A DNA stretch of 64,000 bases from Escherichia coli. Its GTDB lineage: Bacteria; Pseudomonadota; Gammaproteobacteria; Enterobacterales; Enterobacteriaceae. A program made the translations under genes and the position numbers. Below the pieces are notes generated by a model. It did no database searches, was not told the DNA's origin, and saw only the letters and a list, made by a program, of their open reading frames with translations. Shown piece after piece: positions 54,299-63,631 of the stretch. Numbering within the stretch: the stretch's first letter is position 1; each line of letters opens with the position of its first letter. The stretch lies in the NCBI RefSeq assembly GCF_024700885.2, contig NZ_CP117016.1. One strand, 5' to 3'.

Positions 54299-55971
54299 TA
54301 AACTGCCCTCACAATGTAATTAAGTGCAATGCTACGGGGTCTGACAGTGATACCCTTCGCATACCCGCTTCTGATAGAGGTCAGAATAGTAGCCTGCATA
54401 CCATTGTCTGACATTGCCACGACAGGATCGCTGAATGTTGTCCCGTCCGGCATTTTAAAGCTGCCCTCACGAAGGTCTGTAATGGAATCTTCATTGTTGA
54501 ATCCCATGCCGACTATCCCCGAGGTTCCCGTAGTGTCCTGGTTATAATAATCCAGCATTGCTGTTCTTAACAGCGTTGCCCCTTGTGCGGACAGCAACTT
54601 ACGTCCTGTATCAACTTTGCGCCCGTCGTCCCATCCACGGATAAACTCACCGCGTAAATCGGGAAGACGGAGGGTCGGGTAGACTCTGGCCAGAACAGGA
54701 TATTGTTCTTTTGTAAAGGCGCGCCCGTCGCACTTTAACCAGCCTGCTGGCGGTGTGGCGGTGGGCCACGGAACAGGCACACCAACGGGTAGCGCCGAGC
54801 CTTCTCCTAAACCAAGGTAATTGAGGACATCTTTTATACTGCCCTTAGCGATAATAGCGCGACCAATAGCTGTAAGGGTTGCCAGCTCTGCGCGGTCTGC
54901 TCCGGTAAAATAAGGCAACCGATCTGCTGCAGTGGCAAGTCCTGCCAGAGCAGTGAGCGTGGCATCTGCCGGTTGTTTTCCGTTTGCCAGATCGTATGCA
55001 GCCTTGACCGCTTTCGGTGTGGCGGCCAGTATTTCAGACGTGCTGTTGATGGCACTGCTCAATTGTACGGTGCCTTTTGCCGTCAGCGAGGCAGCAGGCA
55101 CTCCCGTTATCTGACTCCACGGGTGAGTGTGGCTGACGGGCGCCTTGCCGGCTGCAAGGTCGTATGCAGCCTTGACCGCCTTCGGCGTGGCAGCCTCAGT
55201 TTCTGATTGACTGTCCGTGGCGCTGCTCAGTTGTACGGTGCCTTTTGCCGTCAGCGAGGCAGCAGGCACTCCCGTTATCTGACTCCACGGGTGAGTGTGG
55301 CTGACGGGCGCCTTGCCGGCTGCAAGGTCGTATGCAGCCTTGACGGCCTTTGGTGTGGCGGCCAGCGTTTCAGAGGTGCTGTTGGTGTCACTGCTCAATT
55401 GTACGGTGCCTTTTGCCGTCAGCGAGGCAGCAGGCACTCCCGTTATCTGACTCCACGGGTGAGTGTGGCTGACGGGCGCCTTGCCGGCTGCAAGGTCGTA
55501 TGCAGCCTTGACCGCCTTCGGCGTGGCAGCCTCAGTTTCTGATTGACTGTCCGTGGCGCTGCTCAGTTGTACGGTGCCTTTTGCCGTCAGCGAGGCAGCA
55601 GGCACTCCCGTTATCTGACTCCACGGGTGAGTATGGCTGACGGGGGCCTTGCCGGCAGCCAGGTCATATGCAGCCTTGACGGCCTTTGGTGTGGCGGCCA
55701 GCGTTTCAGAGGTGCTGTTGGTGGCACTGCTCAGTTGGGTGAACCCCTTAGCTGTCAGTGTCGCGTCCGGGTGGTTACGGGAACGTACGTGTTCAGCCAG
55801 TGACTGTGCGGCTTCCTCCGTTTTTTTCTTCAGCCATTTCGTCCTGTTTGCCAGTTGCCGGGGGGCTCGATTTGATATCCCGTCTGCACCACCCAGAACC
55901 GGATCTGATGTCTCCAGTTGATAGATATTTTCTTCCCACTTTTCTGTTTCATTCAGGTTTCCCATAATCAA
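54298..55971 (-). CDS. Tail fibre protein (Mu S-like) with internal tandem repeats and collar-type C-terminus
   Basis: 557 aa with five copies of a 56-aa repeat (TAKGTVQLSS…AATPKAVKAAYDLAAGKAPVSHTHPWSQITGVPAASL) and a C-terminus sharing the GEGSALPVGVPVPWP block with cassettes B and C. Confidence 0.85.
   Translation of the reverse strand: MIMGNLNETEKWEENIYQLETSDPVLGGADGISNRAPRQLANRTKWLKKKTEEAAQSLAEHVRSRNHPDATLTAKGFTQLSSATNSTSETLAATPKAVKAAYDLAAGKAPVSHTHPWSQITGVPAASLTAKGTVQLSSATDSQSETEAATPKAVKAAYDLAAGKAPVSHTHPWSQITGVPAASLTAKGTVQLSSDTNSTSETLAATPKAVKAAYDLAAGKAPVSHTHPWSQITGVPAASLTAKGTVQLSSATDSQSETEAATPKAVKAAYDLAAGKAPVSHTHPWSQITGVPAASLTAKGTVQLSSAINSTSEILAATPKAVKAAYDLANGKQPADATLTALAGLATAADRLPYFTGADRAELATLTAIGRAIIAKGSIKDVLNYLGLGEGSALPVGVPVPWPTATPPAGWLKCDGRAFTKEQYPVLARVYPTLRLPDLRGEFIRGWDDGRKVDTGRKLLSAQGATLLRTAMLDYYNQDTTGTSGIVGMGFNNEDSITDLREGSFKMPDGTTFSDPVVAMSDNGMQATILTSIRSGYAKGITVRPRSIALNYIVRAV
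54980..55810 (-). repeat. Intragenic tandem repeat, 168-bp unit, about 5 copies (336-bp higher-order alternation)
   Basis: The motif ttgtacggtgccttttgccgtcagcgaggcagc recurs at 55063, 55231, 55399 and 55567, with a diverged copy near 55735. Confidence 0.8.
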
Positions 55972-56546
55972 CTGCTCCCGTGGTTATAACTGCCATCATG
56001 GATGGCGGTATTGTTATAGCGAATGGCCACAGACTGATACTCCAGGCTGGCCAGATGGCAGCGGGCCGGTGCAAATGCAGCGAGCGTCTGACGCAGCATC
56101 GCGGCCTGATCGTTAGTAATGGGCTGTTTCAGAATAACGCGATAAACTGCCCAAGCGGCTGCATCTCCATGAACAAACAGTCCGTTATAGCTGCGATTGC
56201 CGTCGTAACTGAGACGACCTGTGCCTTCAATCAGATCCACTTCACCAAAGCCAAAACGGCGGATAACTTCCCGGATTGACCACGGCGTCCCTTTATACCG
56301 GTGCAGTTCGATGGCTGCTTTTATAAGCATGCGGCGAACATCGTCCGATTCCGCCAGCTCCCAGCCATCGCCAGACAGTGAGAACTGCTCGCCCAGCCAT
56401 GGCAGCGCGGAACTGTCGACGATATCGACGAGAAAGACCATCAGTACGCTCAGGTCGATGTTATCCAGCCGTCCTGCCAGTCTTCCCAGCGTCCTGAGAC
56501 TGATATCACCCTCAAGCGGTGGCGGGAGTTGTAATGGCTCAGTCAT
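55968..56546 (-). CDS. Tail protein (Mu gp48 / P2 gpI-like)
   Basis: 192 aa between the baseplate J-like gene and the tail fibre; start overlaps upstream gene. Confidence 0.65.
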   Translation of the reverse strand: MTEPLQLPPPLEGDISLRTLGRLAGRLDNIDLSVLMVFLVDIVDSSALPWLGEQFSLSGDGWELAESDDVRRMLIKAAIELHRYKGTPWSIREVIRRFGFGEVDLIEGTGRLSYDGNRSYNGLFVHGDAAAWAVYRVILKQPITNDQAAMLRQTLAAFAPARCHLASLEYQSVAIRYNNTAIHDGSYNHGSS

Positions 56547-57642
56547 CAGACACTCCAGTCATGTTAAGAGTGATTGCCGTACAGTTTGCCCATTCGTTTT
56601 CTGCCACCACCCGCAGTGCCGGTGTCACCAGTTCAACCTGGTACACCCCGGAAACGGACAATGCACTGATAATCTGGCTGGGGACAATATCGCGCCCCAG
56701 CGTGGCGGCACGTGATGCCACCCAGTTCTGTATGGCGCTGTTAGCGGCATCTTTTACAGACCTGGCATCCTGATCACGATAGATCGTAATCTTGGCTTCA
56801 ATGGTGTAATCCACCTTCACTGGTGTTTTAGCCCGCACTGTATCAGTGAGTGGCCTGACTTTCTCATCAGAGCAGAAACTCTCTACCAGCGTGAGAACAC
56901 CGCCGTCCGGCAGACCGGTACTGAGCAGCGGATACAGATCTACGGTCCCGGGAACCGGGGAAAGCACAGCAACATCGACAATGTTGGGATGGGCCTGCAT
57001 GGCATGAAAGCGGTATGCGCCACGGCTTCCGGCATTGGTGAATGACTCCGGGGCCAGCCTGATACGCTCCCGGAGCCTGTCATCGTCTTCCTGTTCTGAA
57101 CCGCCGGAACTGGCCGTCAGATTGCTCACCAGCAGGTCGACGTTATCAATCTCATCGAGTAACTGACTGACCTGCGCAGGTTGCCAGCCGTTACCAGCGG
57201 TACCGGGTTCGGTACAGGTGGACGTGACATTGACCAGCAGCAATCCGGCCTTCAGTACCACATCTGTATCGGTGGCAAAAATAACGCTGTCGGAAGCGCT
57301 GACGCGGGTGCCTGCCGGGATCAGCACATCAATGGCCAGTGCCTCATCTACGGAGAACTGGAGCGTGGTAGTGGCAGGCTGCGCGGCAAGACGGTATACA
57401 CCGACCAGTTCACCGAGGTAATCAATCATCGGCTCACGGGCAAAGGCGACCAGATTCTGCTTTGCTGCCTCCTGTACCGCAACCCTGACCAGCATTTCGC
57501 GATAGGCCCACAGATCAATCAGCAGACGTTCTGCCTGTGCCGGGTACAGCGTTTTGCCGGTATCCGCTTCATACTTCGCAATCATTTCTGCCGTGATTTT
57601 GTCGGCATCGCGTTCAATAAAATCGGGTTCTGTCAGCGCCAT
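56539..57642 (-). CDS. Baseplate J-like protein (Mu gp47)
   Basis: 367 aa; conserved position. Confidence 0.75.
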   Translation of the reverse strand: MALTEPDFIERDADKITAEMIAKYEADTGKTLYPAQAERLLIDLWAYREMLVRVAVQEAAKQNLVAFAREPMIDYLGELVGVYRLAAQPATTTLQFSVDEALAIDVLIPAGTRVSASDSVIFATDTDVVLKAGLLLVNVTSTCTEPGTAGNGWQPAQVSQLLDEIDNVDLLVSNLTASSGGSEQEDDDRLRERIRLAPESFTNAGSRGAYRFHAMQAHPNIVDVAVLSPVPGTVDLYPLLSTGLPDGGVLTLVESFCSDEKVRPLTDTVRAKTPVKVDYTIEAKITIYRDQDARSVKDAANSAIQNWVASRAATLGRDIVPSQIISALSVSGVYQVELVTPALRVVAENEWANCTAITLNMTGVSDD

Positions 57643-57980
57643 AGCAGCTCCTGAGTCCGGGTCTGTCCGTCTGAGCCTTTCCAGCTCACCCGGAGCGTAA
57701 GATGTTCGCCGTCGACGGCGGGTTTAACTGACATAAGCTGGCAGCGGGGCTCCCAGCGCCGGATGGCATCGACGGATTCGCGCACCACATGCGGAATGGC
57801 CCGGTCTACAGGCCAGTCGATATAAAGATGCAGATTGCTGCCGAACTCCGGGCGATGCGGGTCGCTGCCGCGGGGAGTCCGCAGGATAATTTGAATCGCC
57901 TGCCGGATATCATCCAGCCCCCGGACAATTTCGCCGGGAGCCTGCAGGGTCGGTTGCCAGAATACTGAGGTTGTTTTCAT
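57633..57980 (-). CDS. Baseplate wedge protein (GPW/gp25 family; Mu gp46)
   Basis: 115 aa; position between the spike and J-like genes. Confidence 0.7.
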   Translation of the reverse strand: MKTTSVFWQPTLQAPGEIVRGLDDIRQAIQIILRTPRGSDPHRPEFGSNLHLYIDWPVDRAIPHVVRESVDAIRRWEPRCQLMSVKPAVDGEHLTLRVSWKGSDGQTRTQELLWR

Positions 57981-58034
57981 GGGGGCAGTATTGCCCCCGT
58001 GCGGGAACGCTGATATTAAAGGCGTTTAAAAAGC

Positions 58035-58631
58035 TCAGTGGGAGTGGTGGCTGGAGTTTTCGCCATCAGACAACATACTGCCCGTGGCATGGGCATTCCC
58101 TTTAATCTCGATATTGCCATGGATGGTCGCGGTAACACCTTCACCACCAGAACCCGCCATGCCTCCTTCGTAAATCAGCTTACCCCTGACACGCAGATCT
58201 CCGGTAAGTTCGGTTTCCGGTGCGTCAATCGTGGCTTTCTGTGTTTTCAATACCACATCAGCACCACACTCAATGACAATATGCTCAATGCCGCCCCGGA
58301 TGGTCAGAGTGTGCGTCTTCCGGTTGTAGCTGTACTCTGCACCATCAGCAAACCGGGTTCCCCGGATATTTTTGTCACTGAACGGTGGTTTATCGACGTC
58401 TGAATACACCGCGCCCAGAATAACACCATCCTCGCCGTTGGCATCGAGCAGCACCTCAACCTGCTCCCCCACGTCAGGGAGCCAGTAATCTTTGTTATCC
58501 TGGGTATTGCGCTGCAGCACGTTAAGCCAGTTTGTGCGCAGGTTATCGCATTCAGGCAGACGAACGCGGGCCTGAACCCTGTCGGCATCAACGGCACTGA
58601 CCGTACCGACCTGACGAGTGACACCAGTCAT
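58035..58631 (-). CDS. Baseplate spike/assembly protein V-like (Mu gp45)
   Basis: 198 aa with a C-terminal glycine-rich tip. Confidence 0.7.
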   Translation of the reverse strand: MTGVTRQVGTVSAVDADRVQARVRLPECDNLRTNWLNVLQRNTQDNKDYWLPDVGEQVEVLLDANGEDGVILGAVYSDVDKPPFSDKNIRGTRFADGAEYSYNRKTHTLTIRGGIEHIVIECGADVVLKTQKATIDAPETELTGDLRVRGKLIYEGGMAGSGGEGVTATIHGNIEIKGNAHATGSMLSDGENSSHHSH

Positions 58632-59782
58632 TTTTTCTTCTCCTTAATCACCGTCGATGTACTGCCATCCGGGTGATAAACCGTGAGTTTCTGAGTTTTT
58701 TGTTTTTTCCCTCTTGTGACTGGCCCCCGTGCCACTTCCAGCTCTGTGGTGTAGCCGCTGTTACGGTCAAACGCATGGCGGGCAGTGGTTATGAGCCATG
58801 GCCCGGATAACTGCCCAAAACCCACCAGTTCAATTTTGTTGCCTGCTGTCAGTTGAGGTGTTCCCGTCAGCGTCAGGGAGCCGTTCTGCTGGTATTCGTT
58901 ATGTCTGGCCAGTGCTGAATCCGCTTTAATCCGGGCACTGTCCGGGTCGCTGACGCGGCTGTTAACTTTAAGTGAGTCAGCGCTGGTAACCTTACCACCT
59001 TTGAGCTTTTTGTCGCTTTCACGGGTACCACCATCAGCTTCGTAGACGATCAGTTTTTTACTGCTGCTTTTCTGGTGTTTTACCTTTGCAGATTTATAGA
59101 CCCGGTTGATGGTGTCACGCAGGGAAAAGCGGGCCACATCCTGCGGTTTTAACTGCCTGACCGGCTCCTGACTGCGCAGTGTGGCCAGATGAGAAAAAAT
59201 CAGCTGGTCACTGACCACTTTCACTGCATAACCATACTCGCTGGCCAGCCGGCGCAGAAAACCCACGTCGGTTTCAGCATACTGGGTCACCCGGTCGATT
59301 CTGATGGACTCAATGCTGCCCACCAGTTTCAGTCGGTGCTTTCTGGCAATCCGCCCCGCAACAGCTGCCAGCGTGGTGTTCTCAAAACCACGACTGGTTT
59401 TAGTCCGCAGGGCACTGTTAACCGAGGTGGCCACCCCACGGATAGAAACAACGGAAGCGGGCGAACTCACTTCGATCTCGTCTATAGAGAACGTACCGCA
59501 GGACAGCAGCTTCTCGCCCTGATAGCCCATTTTCAGCGTCAGCGTGTCACCCTTGCCCGGATACCATTTATCCAGCCAGCGGCCATCGGTGTCGTCCAGC
59601 TCCACCTCAATGGTATCGGACTCATTTTTGATGTTATCGCTCCAGGTCACACGGGTGACATAAGGCGCGATATCAGAGGTGATGTTTTTCTGCAGATACC
59701 ACAAAGTGAACACCGGTGTCAGCACATCGCTGACGCCGGTTAACGCTGATGTGACTTGCGCAGTGCTGTTTATCTCAGCCAT
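58628..59782 (-). CDS. Baseplate hub protein (phage late control D family; Mu P/gp44-like)
   Basis: 384 aa; position after the tail X-like gene. Confidence 0.7.
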   Translation of the reverse strand: MAEINSTAQVTSALTGVSDVLTPVFTLWYLQKNITSDIAPYVTRVTWSDNIKNESDTIEVELDDTDGRWLDKWYPGKGDTLTLKMGYQGEKLLSCGTFSIDEIEVSSPASVVSIRGVATSVNSALRTKTSRGFENTTLAAVAGRIARKHRLKLVGSIESIRIDRVTQYAETDVGFLRRLASEYGYAVKVVSDQLIFSHLATLRSQEPVRQLKPQDVARFSLRDTINRVYKSAKVKHQKSSSKKLIVYEADGGTRESDKKLKGGKVTSADSLKVNSRVSDPDSARIKADSALARHNEYQQNGSLTLTGTPQLTAGNKIELVGFGQLSGPWLITTARHAFDRNSGYTTELEVARGPVTRGKKQKTQKLTVYHPDGSTSTVIKEKKK

Positions 59783-59985
59783 GGGGCAATATCCTCTTCT
59801 GTACGGGCTTCTTCAGCCTCAATCACCGGGATCAGTAACAACAGCCCGGAGGGCAGCACCGGCGTGATGGCCACGTGCGGATTGGCGGCAATAATCCGGG
59901 GATAGCCCAGCGGGTCACCGTAGTACTGCCATGCCAGCGAATCCCAGCGCTCTCCGTCACGGGTAACATGTTCAAGAAACATCAC
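59770..59985 (-). CDS. Tail protein X-like (LysM-like)
   Basis: 71 aa; motif DSLAWQYYGDPLGYPRIIAANPHVA. Confidence 0.55.
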   Translation of the reverse strand: MMFLEHVTRDGERWDSLAWQYYGDPLGYPRIIAANPHVAITPVLPSGLLLLIPVIEAEEARTEEDIAPWLR

Positions 59986-60866
59986 ACACTCCTCGTCAGT
60001 ATTCTGGCGGCCATTGCACTTAATTCCGGAGACATGCGGTTGAATGCTGTGCCGGCGGCGTTAAGCTGCCCGGAAACGGTATCCAGAGCACCTGCAATAT
60101 TTCTTTTGTCCACACCACTCAGCGCAGACTGTGCCTGCTGTACATACGTGGCTGCTTCGCTGGCTGTTCTGGCCAGACTGATGGCATCGGGCATGGATTC
60201 AGAGAGTGCGTTAAACGCCGGAACACTTTTCCCCAGAGCCCCGGAGATATTACCCAGTCCGCTCATCAGCCCCGGCACACGGGTCAGTGCGACAACGGGG
60301 TTATCCTTCATTTTCTGTGTCACCCGAACGGCGCTGATAGTGGTCTGGAGTACAGACTGCGCCTGTTTCGCATAGTTGACGCCGTTGCGGATGAACTGCG
60401 CCACCCCTGAAGGTGAAGGTATGGCACCGGAGACCGCCCCGACACCCGGGAGCTTCGTGCGTATTGCCGGTGGTTGCAGAGGATTTTTCGGGTCACCGGT
60501 GTATTCCCGGAGAGACACGGTGGCACTGACAGCCAGCACGTTGCCGGTACTGTCAGTCTGCTCGCTGGTTGCAGTCACATCGGTAATCACGAACCAGCCG
60601 CGATAGTCACCGTTGCCGAAGACCAGCGCCAGTGCCTGATGGGCTTTCATGGCTGTTCGCAGTCTCGCCAGCTCCACATCGGGTACACAATAATGCTGAT
60701 GGAAAACCAGAGTTATCTGGATTTCGTCCAGCCTGTCGCCGACGAACTGCAGGCCAGGCTTACCCCCGATGCGGGCATGCTCCGCATAATCGACGCCGAA
60801 CGTGGCCTCGAAGCCGTCCCAGTAGGTAATCAGCTCAAACTCAATATCACCCAGTACGGCAAACAT
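59982..60866 (-). CDS. Tail protein at the Mu gpN / P2 gpU position
   Basis: 294 aa directly downstream of the tape measure gene; assignment is by position only. Confidence 0.45.
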   Translation of the reverse strand: MFAVLGDIEFELITYWDGFEATFGVDYAEHARIGGKPGLQFVGDRLDEIQITLVFHQHYCVPDVELARLRTAMKAHQALALVFGNGDYRGWFVITDVTATSEQTDSTGNVLAVSATVSLREYTGDPKNPLQPPAIRTKLPGVGAVSGAIPSPSGVAQFIRNGVNYAKQAQSVLQTTISAVRVTQKMKDNPVVALTRVPGLMSGLGNISGALGKSVPAFNALSESMPDAISLARTASEAATYVQQAQSALSGVDKRNIAGALDTVSGQLNAAGTAFNRMSPELSAMAARILTRSV

Positions 60867-63556
60867 CAGCGGTACTCCTTACGTTGTTTCTGAGCCAGCA
60901 GACGCTCCAGCATTTTTTCCAGCTCATGCAGACTCATATTCAGGGCACCAGTCAGTCCTGCAGGCGCTGTGGTTTCCCTGCCATTGAGGAAAAACTGAGG
61001 ATTAAAGCTGACCTGGATACCACCAGACGTTCCACCGCCGGTTGCAGCTGCACCACGGCCTGAATATCCGGCAGCCAGGATTTCAGGCGAGGGGATACGG
61101 GGAACATCCGGTGTCATCTCATTTGCCAGACGTTGCCCTGGTAAAATCGATGCCCGGGTGGAGAGCGGAATAGCGGGCATGGAAGACAAACTATTGATTA
61201 CGGCTCCGATCGCATTTTTAGCAGACGACATAAACCCATTGATATCGGGCAACGGCATACTGAAGCGAACACCTGAAGTGTTATCCCGTATTTCTGGCCC
61301 CTGGATGCTCACGGGCATTCTGGGGAGCAGTTCACTGGCCATTCGCTGCCCGGCCAGAGCTGCAAGCGGAGTGGTCCGCTGCAGGCCAATGGCGGCCCCC
61401 TGCGCGATATTGTCACCAAAGCCCATAAACACGCGGCTCGGCGAATGAATGCCCAGCTTTTCGCTGAACCAGCCACTGATGCTGTCACCCATTCCGGTTA
61501 CACTGGATTTGAGCGACTCCCATTTGTTTTTGATACCGTTAATCAGACCATCGACAAGATGGCCACCGAAGTCGGTAAACTTTGCCGGCAGATCAACACC
61601 AAGATATTTCAGCGCAGCTGCAAAGGCTTTATAGAGCAGGCCTGCCGGCGACCAGTTAATCAGTAACTTACCAATTCCCACAATGCCGCCGTTAAAGGCT
61701 TCCTGAATGTCTGCCCAGCGCTGTTTAAACCAGCCACTGACTGCCCCCCAGTTGCGGTAGATAAGGTAAGCTGCTGCCGCGACAGCGGTGATAACGAGAC
61801 CGATGGGATTCATCATCAGCGCACGTCCAATCCAGAGAACAGCACGTCCGGCGAGCATAATTCCGCGAACCAGCCCCCCGGAGAGCACGCCACTCAGTGT
61901 TCTGGCTCCTCTGGCGACGGCGCTAAATCCGGTCACCAGCCAGCGGAGCTTACCGCCTTGCCCCAGTGCGAGCGACAGACGAAGCCAGTTGGCCCGAAGT
62001 AAAACAGCATTTTTCCAGACACTTACAAAGGGGGAAATAAGGAGATTCAGCCCCAGTTTGAGACCAACAGTCGCTATCTTAATCGCAAGGAGCGCACTGA
62101 TGAGCTTAAAAGCCCCACTGACAAATTGCGGGTGAGTCGCTACCCAGTGTTTTGCCCCCTGAATGAGTGGAAGCAGTTCCTGAGTCAAAGAAATAAAAGA
62201 TGGAGCTAATTGATCGCCCAGCGTAATTGCCAGATCGCGACTGCTGACCATAAGTGTTTTAGTGGCTTCAAGGGGAGATTTCAGCCGCTGATCATAAGCA
62301 CTGGCAAGCAAATCGTTATCCGCAGCCCTGAGAGCACCGGCACGGATCTCTCGATATCTGTCCATGTTGGCCAGCATCGGGCGGATAAATGCCATGACCT
62401 GCATATCCGCGAACATATCGCCCAGACCAAAGTTTTTCGCCAGAGCCTGAAGTGCCTCATCTCTTGCCGTATCATTCTTTATTTTCATGGCTGATTTGAA
62501 GCCGGCCAGCGCTTCGGGGCTTTTGGCATTGAGGTAACGTTCTATAACACTCAACATCCCTTCAATCGGAGAGATCCCCGCAGCTTTATAACTCGCAATA
62601 GATCCCTGCAAATCAATACCCAGATCAGCAAACTGTTTCTGAGTATCGCGGGCAAAAATTTTGGTAAGAAAGTTTTTAAAATTATTGGCTGCTTCGTCGG
62701 TGGAACCTGCACCGATTTTTGCTATCTGGAGACTGGCCCCGATTTCAGCAACAGCCTCTTTTCCACTGGCAATACCCGCCATCATTGGGGCCAGGGACTG
62801 CATCCACTTGACCTGATCCGGGATTTCAAATGACCCCTGGTCACCGGCATAAGCCATAATATTCTGAACGGCACCAAAATCTCTGGCCGCACCTTTCAGG
62901 GAGTTTTGCCAGACTGCGGCCACTTTTGCCCAGTCCTGAGCAGACGTGCGTGTTGCCGTTGCCGCGCGGGCAATATCCGGCATCAGAAAACCGATATCTG
63001 ACACATTATCAATATTGTCGCTGATGAGTGAACCCACCGCCTCCTGCAGCTCATCCTGATACTGATTGTATTTAAGCGCCCAGCCTTTTATCTGTCCGGC
63101 AAGTCCATCCCGCGTTTTATTGTCATATTTTGCGGTGATCGACATATCAATCATTTTGTCCTGAAAAGACATGGACTGCTGAACGGCAGGGGAAACCGTA
63201 TGATAAACAGTCTGTGCCATGCCATACGCTTCAATCCCCTGACCATACAGCGCCATGCGGTTAGCTTTCAGCGCATCACTGGTAGCGGATGCCGCTGACA
63301 GACGGCGCTGCTGGCGCTCAATTTGCTCCATGGTGCGGCTTACCCGCAGCAGCTCGCTGTTGAGATGCTGCATCCGGGAAGAACCCAGTTGACCATAACG
63401 TTCTGTTGCACGGGTTAAAGCGTTCTGACGTTCCTGCAGGCGGCGTGAGGTATCGCTCAGGGAATCAAGCGCACGGCGGGTACCGCTCATTGCAGAACGG
63501 AATGTGCTACCAATCATCCCGCCGATAACAACGCCGACTGAAAACTGTCCCGACAT
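60866..63556 (-). CDS. Tail tape measure protein
   Basis: 896 aa, largely alpha-helical with hydrophobic central segments, located between the chaperone and baseplate genes. Confidence 0.8.
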   Translation of the reverse strand: MSGQFSVGVVIGGMIGSTFRSAMSGTRRALDSLSDTSRRLQERQNALTRATERYGQLGSSRMQHLNSELLRVSRTMEQIERQQRRLSAASATSDALKANRMALYGQGIEAYGMAQTVYHTVSPAVQQSMSFQDKMIDMSITAKYDNKTRDGLAGQIKGWALKYNQYQDELQEAVGSLISDNIDNVSDIGFLMPDIARAATATRTSAQDWAKVAAVWQNSLKGAARDFGAVQNIMAYAGDQGSFEIPDQVKWMQSLAPMMAGIASGKEAVAEIGASLQIAKIGAGSTDEAANNFKNFLTKIFARDTQKQFADLGIDLQGSIASYKAAGISPIEGMLSVIERYLNAKSPEALAGFKSAMKIKNDTARDEALQALAKNFGLGDMFADMQVMAFIRPMLANMDRYREIRAGALRAADNDLLASAYDQRLKSPLEATKTLMVSSRDLAITLGDQLAPSFISLTQELLPLIQGAKHWVATHPQFVSGAFKLISALLAIKIATVGLKLGLNLLISPFVSVWKNAVLLRANWLRLSLALGQGGKLRWLVTGFSAVARGARTLSGVLSGGLVRGIMLAGRAVLWIGRALMMNPIGLVITAVAAAAYLIYRNWGAVSGWFKQRWADIQEAFNGGIVGIGKLLINWSPAGLLYKAFAAALKYLGVDLPAKFTDFGGHLVDGLINGIKNKWESLKSSVTGMGDSISGWFSEKLGIHSPSRVFMGFGDNIAQGAAIGLQRTTPLAALAGQRMASELLPRMPVSIQGPEIRDNTSGVRFSMPLPDINGFMSSAKNAIGAVINSLSSMPAIPLSTRASILPGQRLANEMTPDVPRIPSPEILAAGYSGRGAAATGGGTSGGIQVSFNPQFFLNGRETTAPAGLTGALNMSLHELEKMLERLLAQKQRKEYR

Positions 63557-63631
63557 AGTGGTTAACCTCCGGGGAAGGTGAAAAGACGTGAGGGGATAAC
63601 GCAGAACAGCCGCTACTGGCGGCTGTCTGTA

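Noticed and set aside
54980-55810. Possible CRISPR array suggested by regular repeats
   Set aside because: The 168-bp units are in-frame coding repeats of the tail-fibre shaft with no unique spacers; no CRISPR array was found anywhere in the window.
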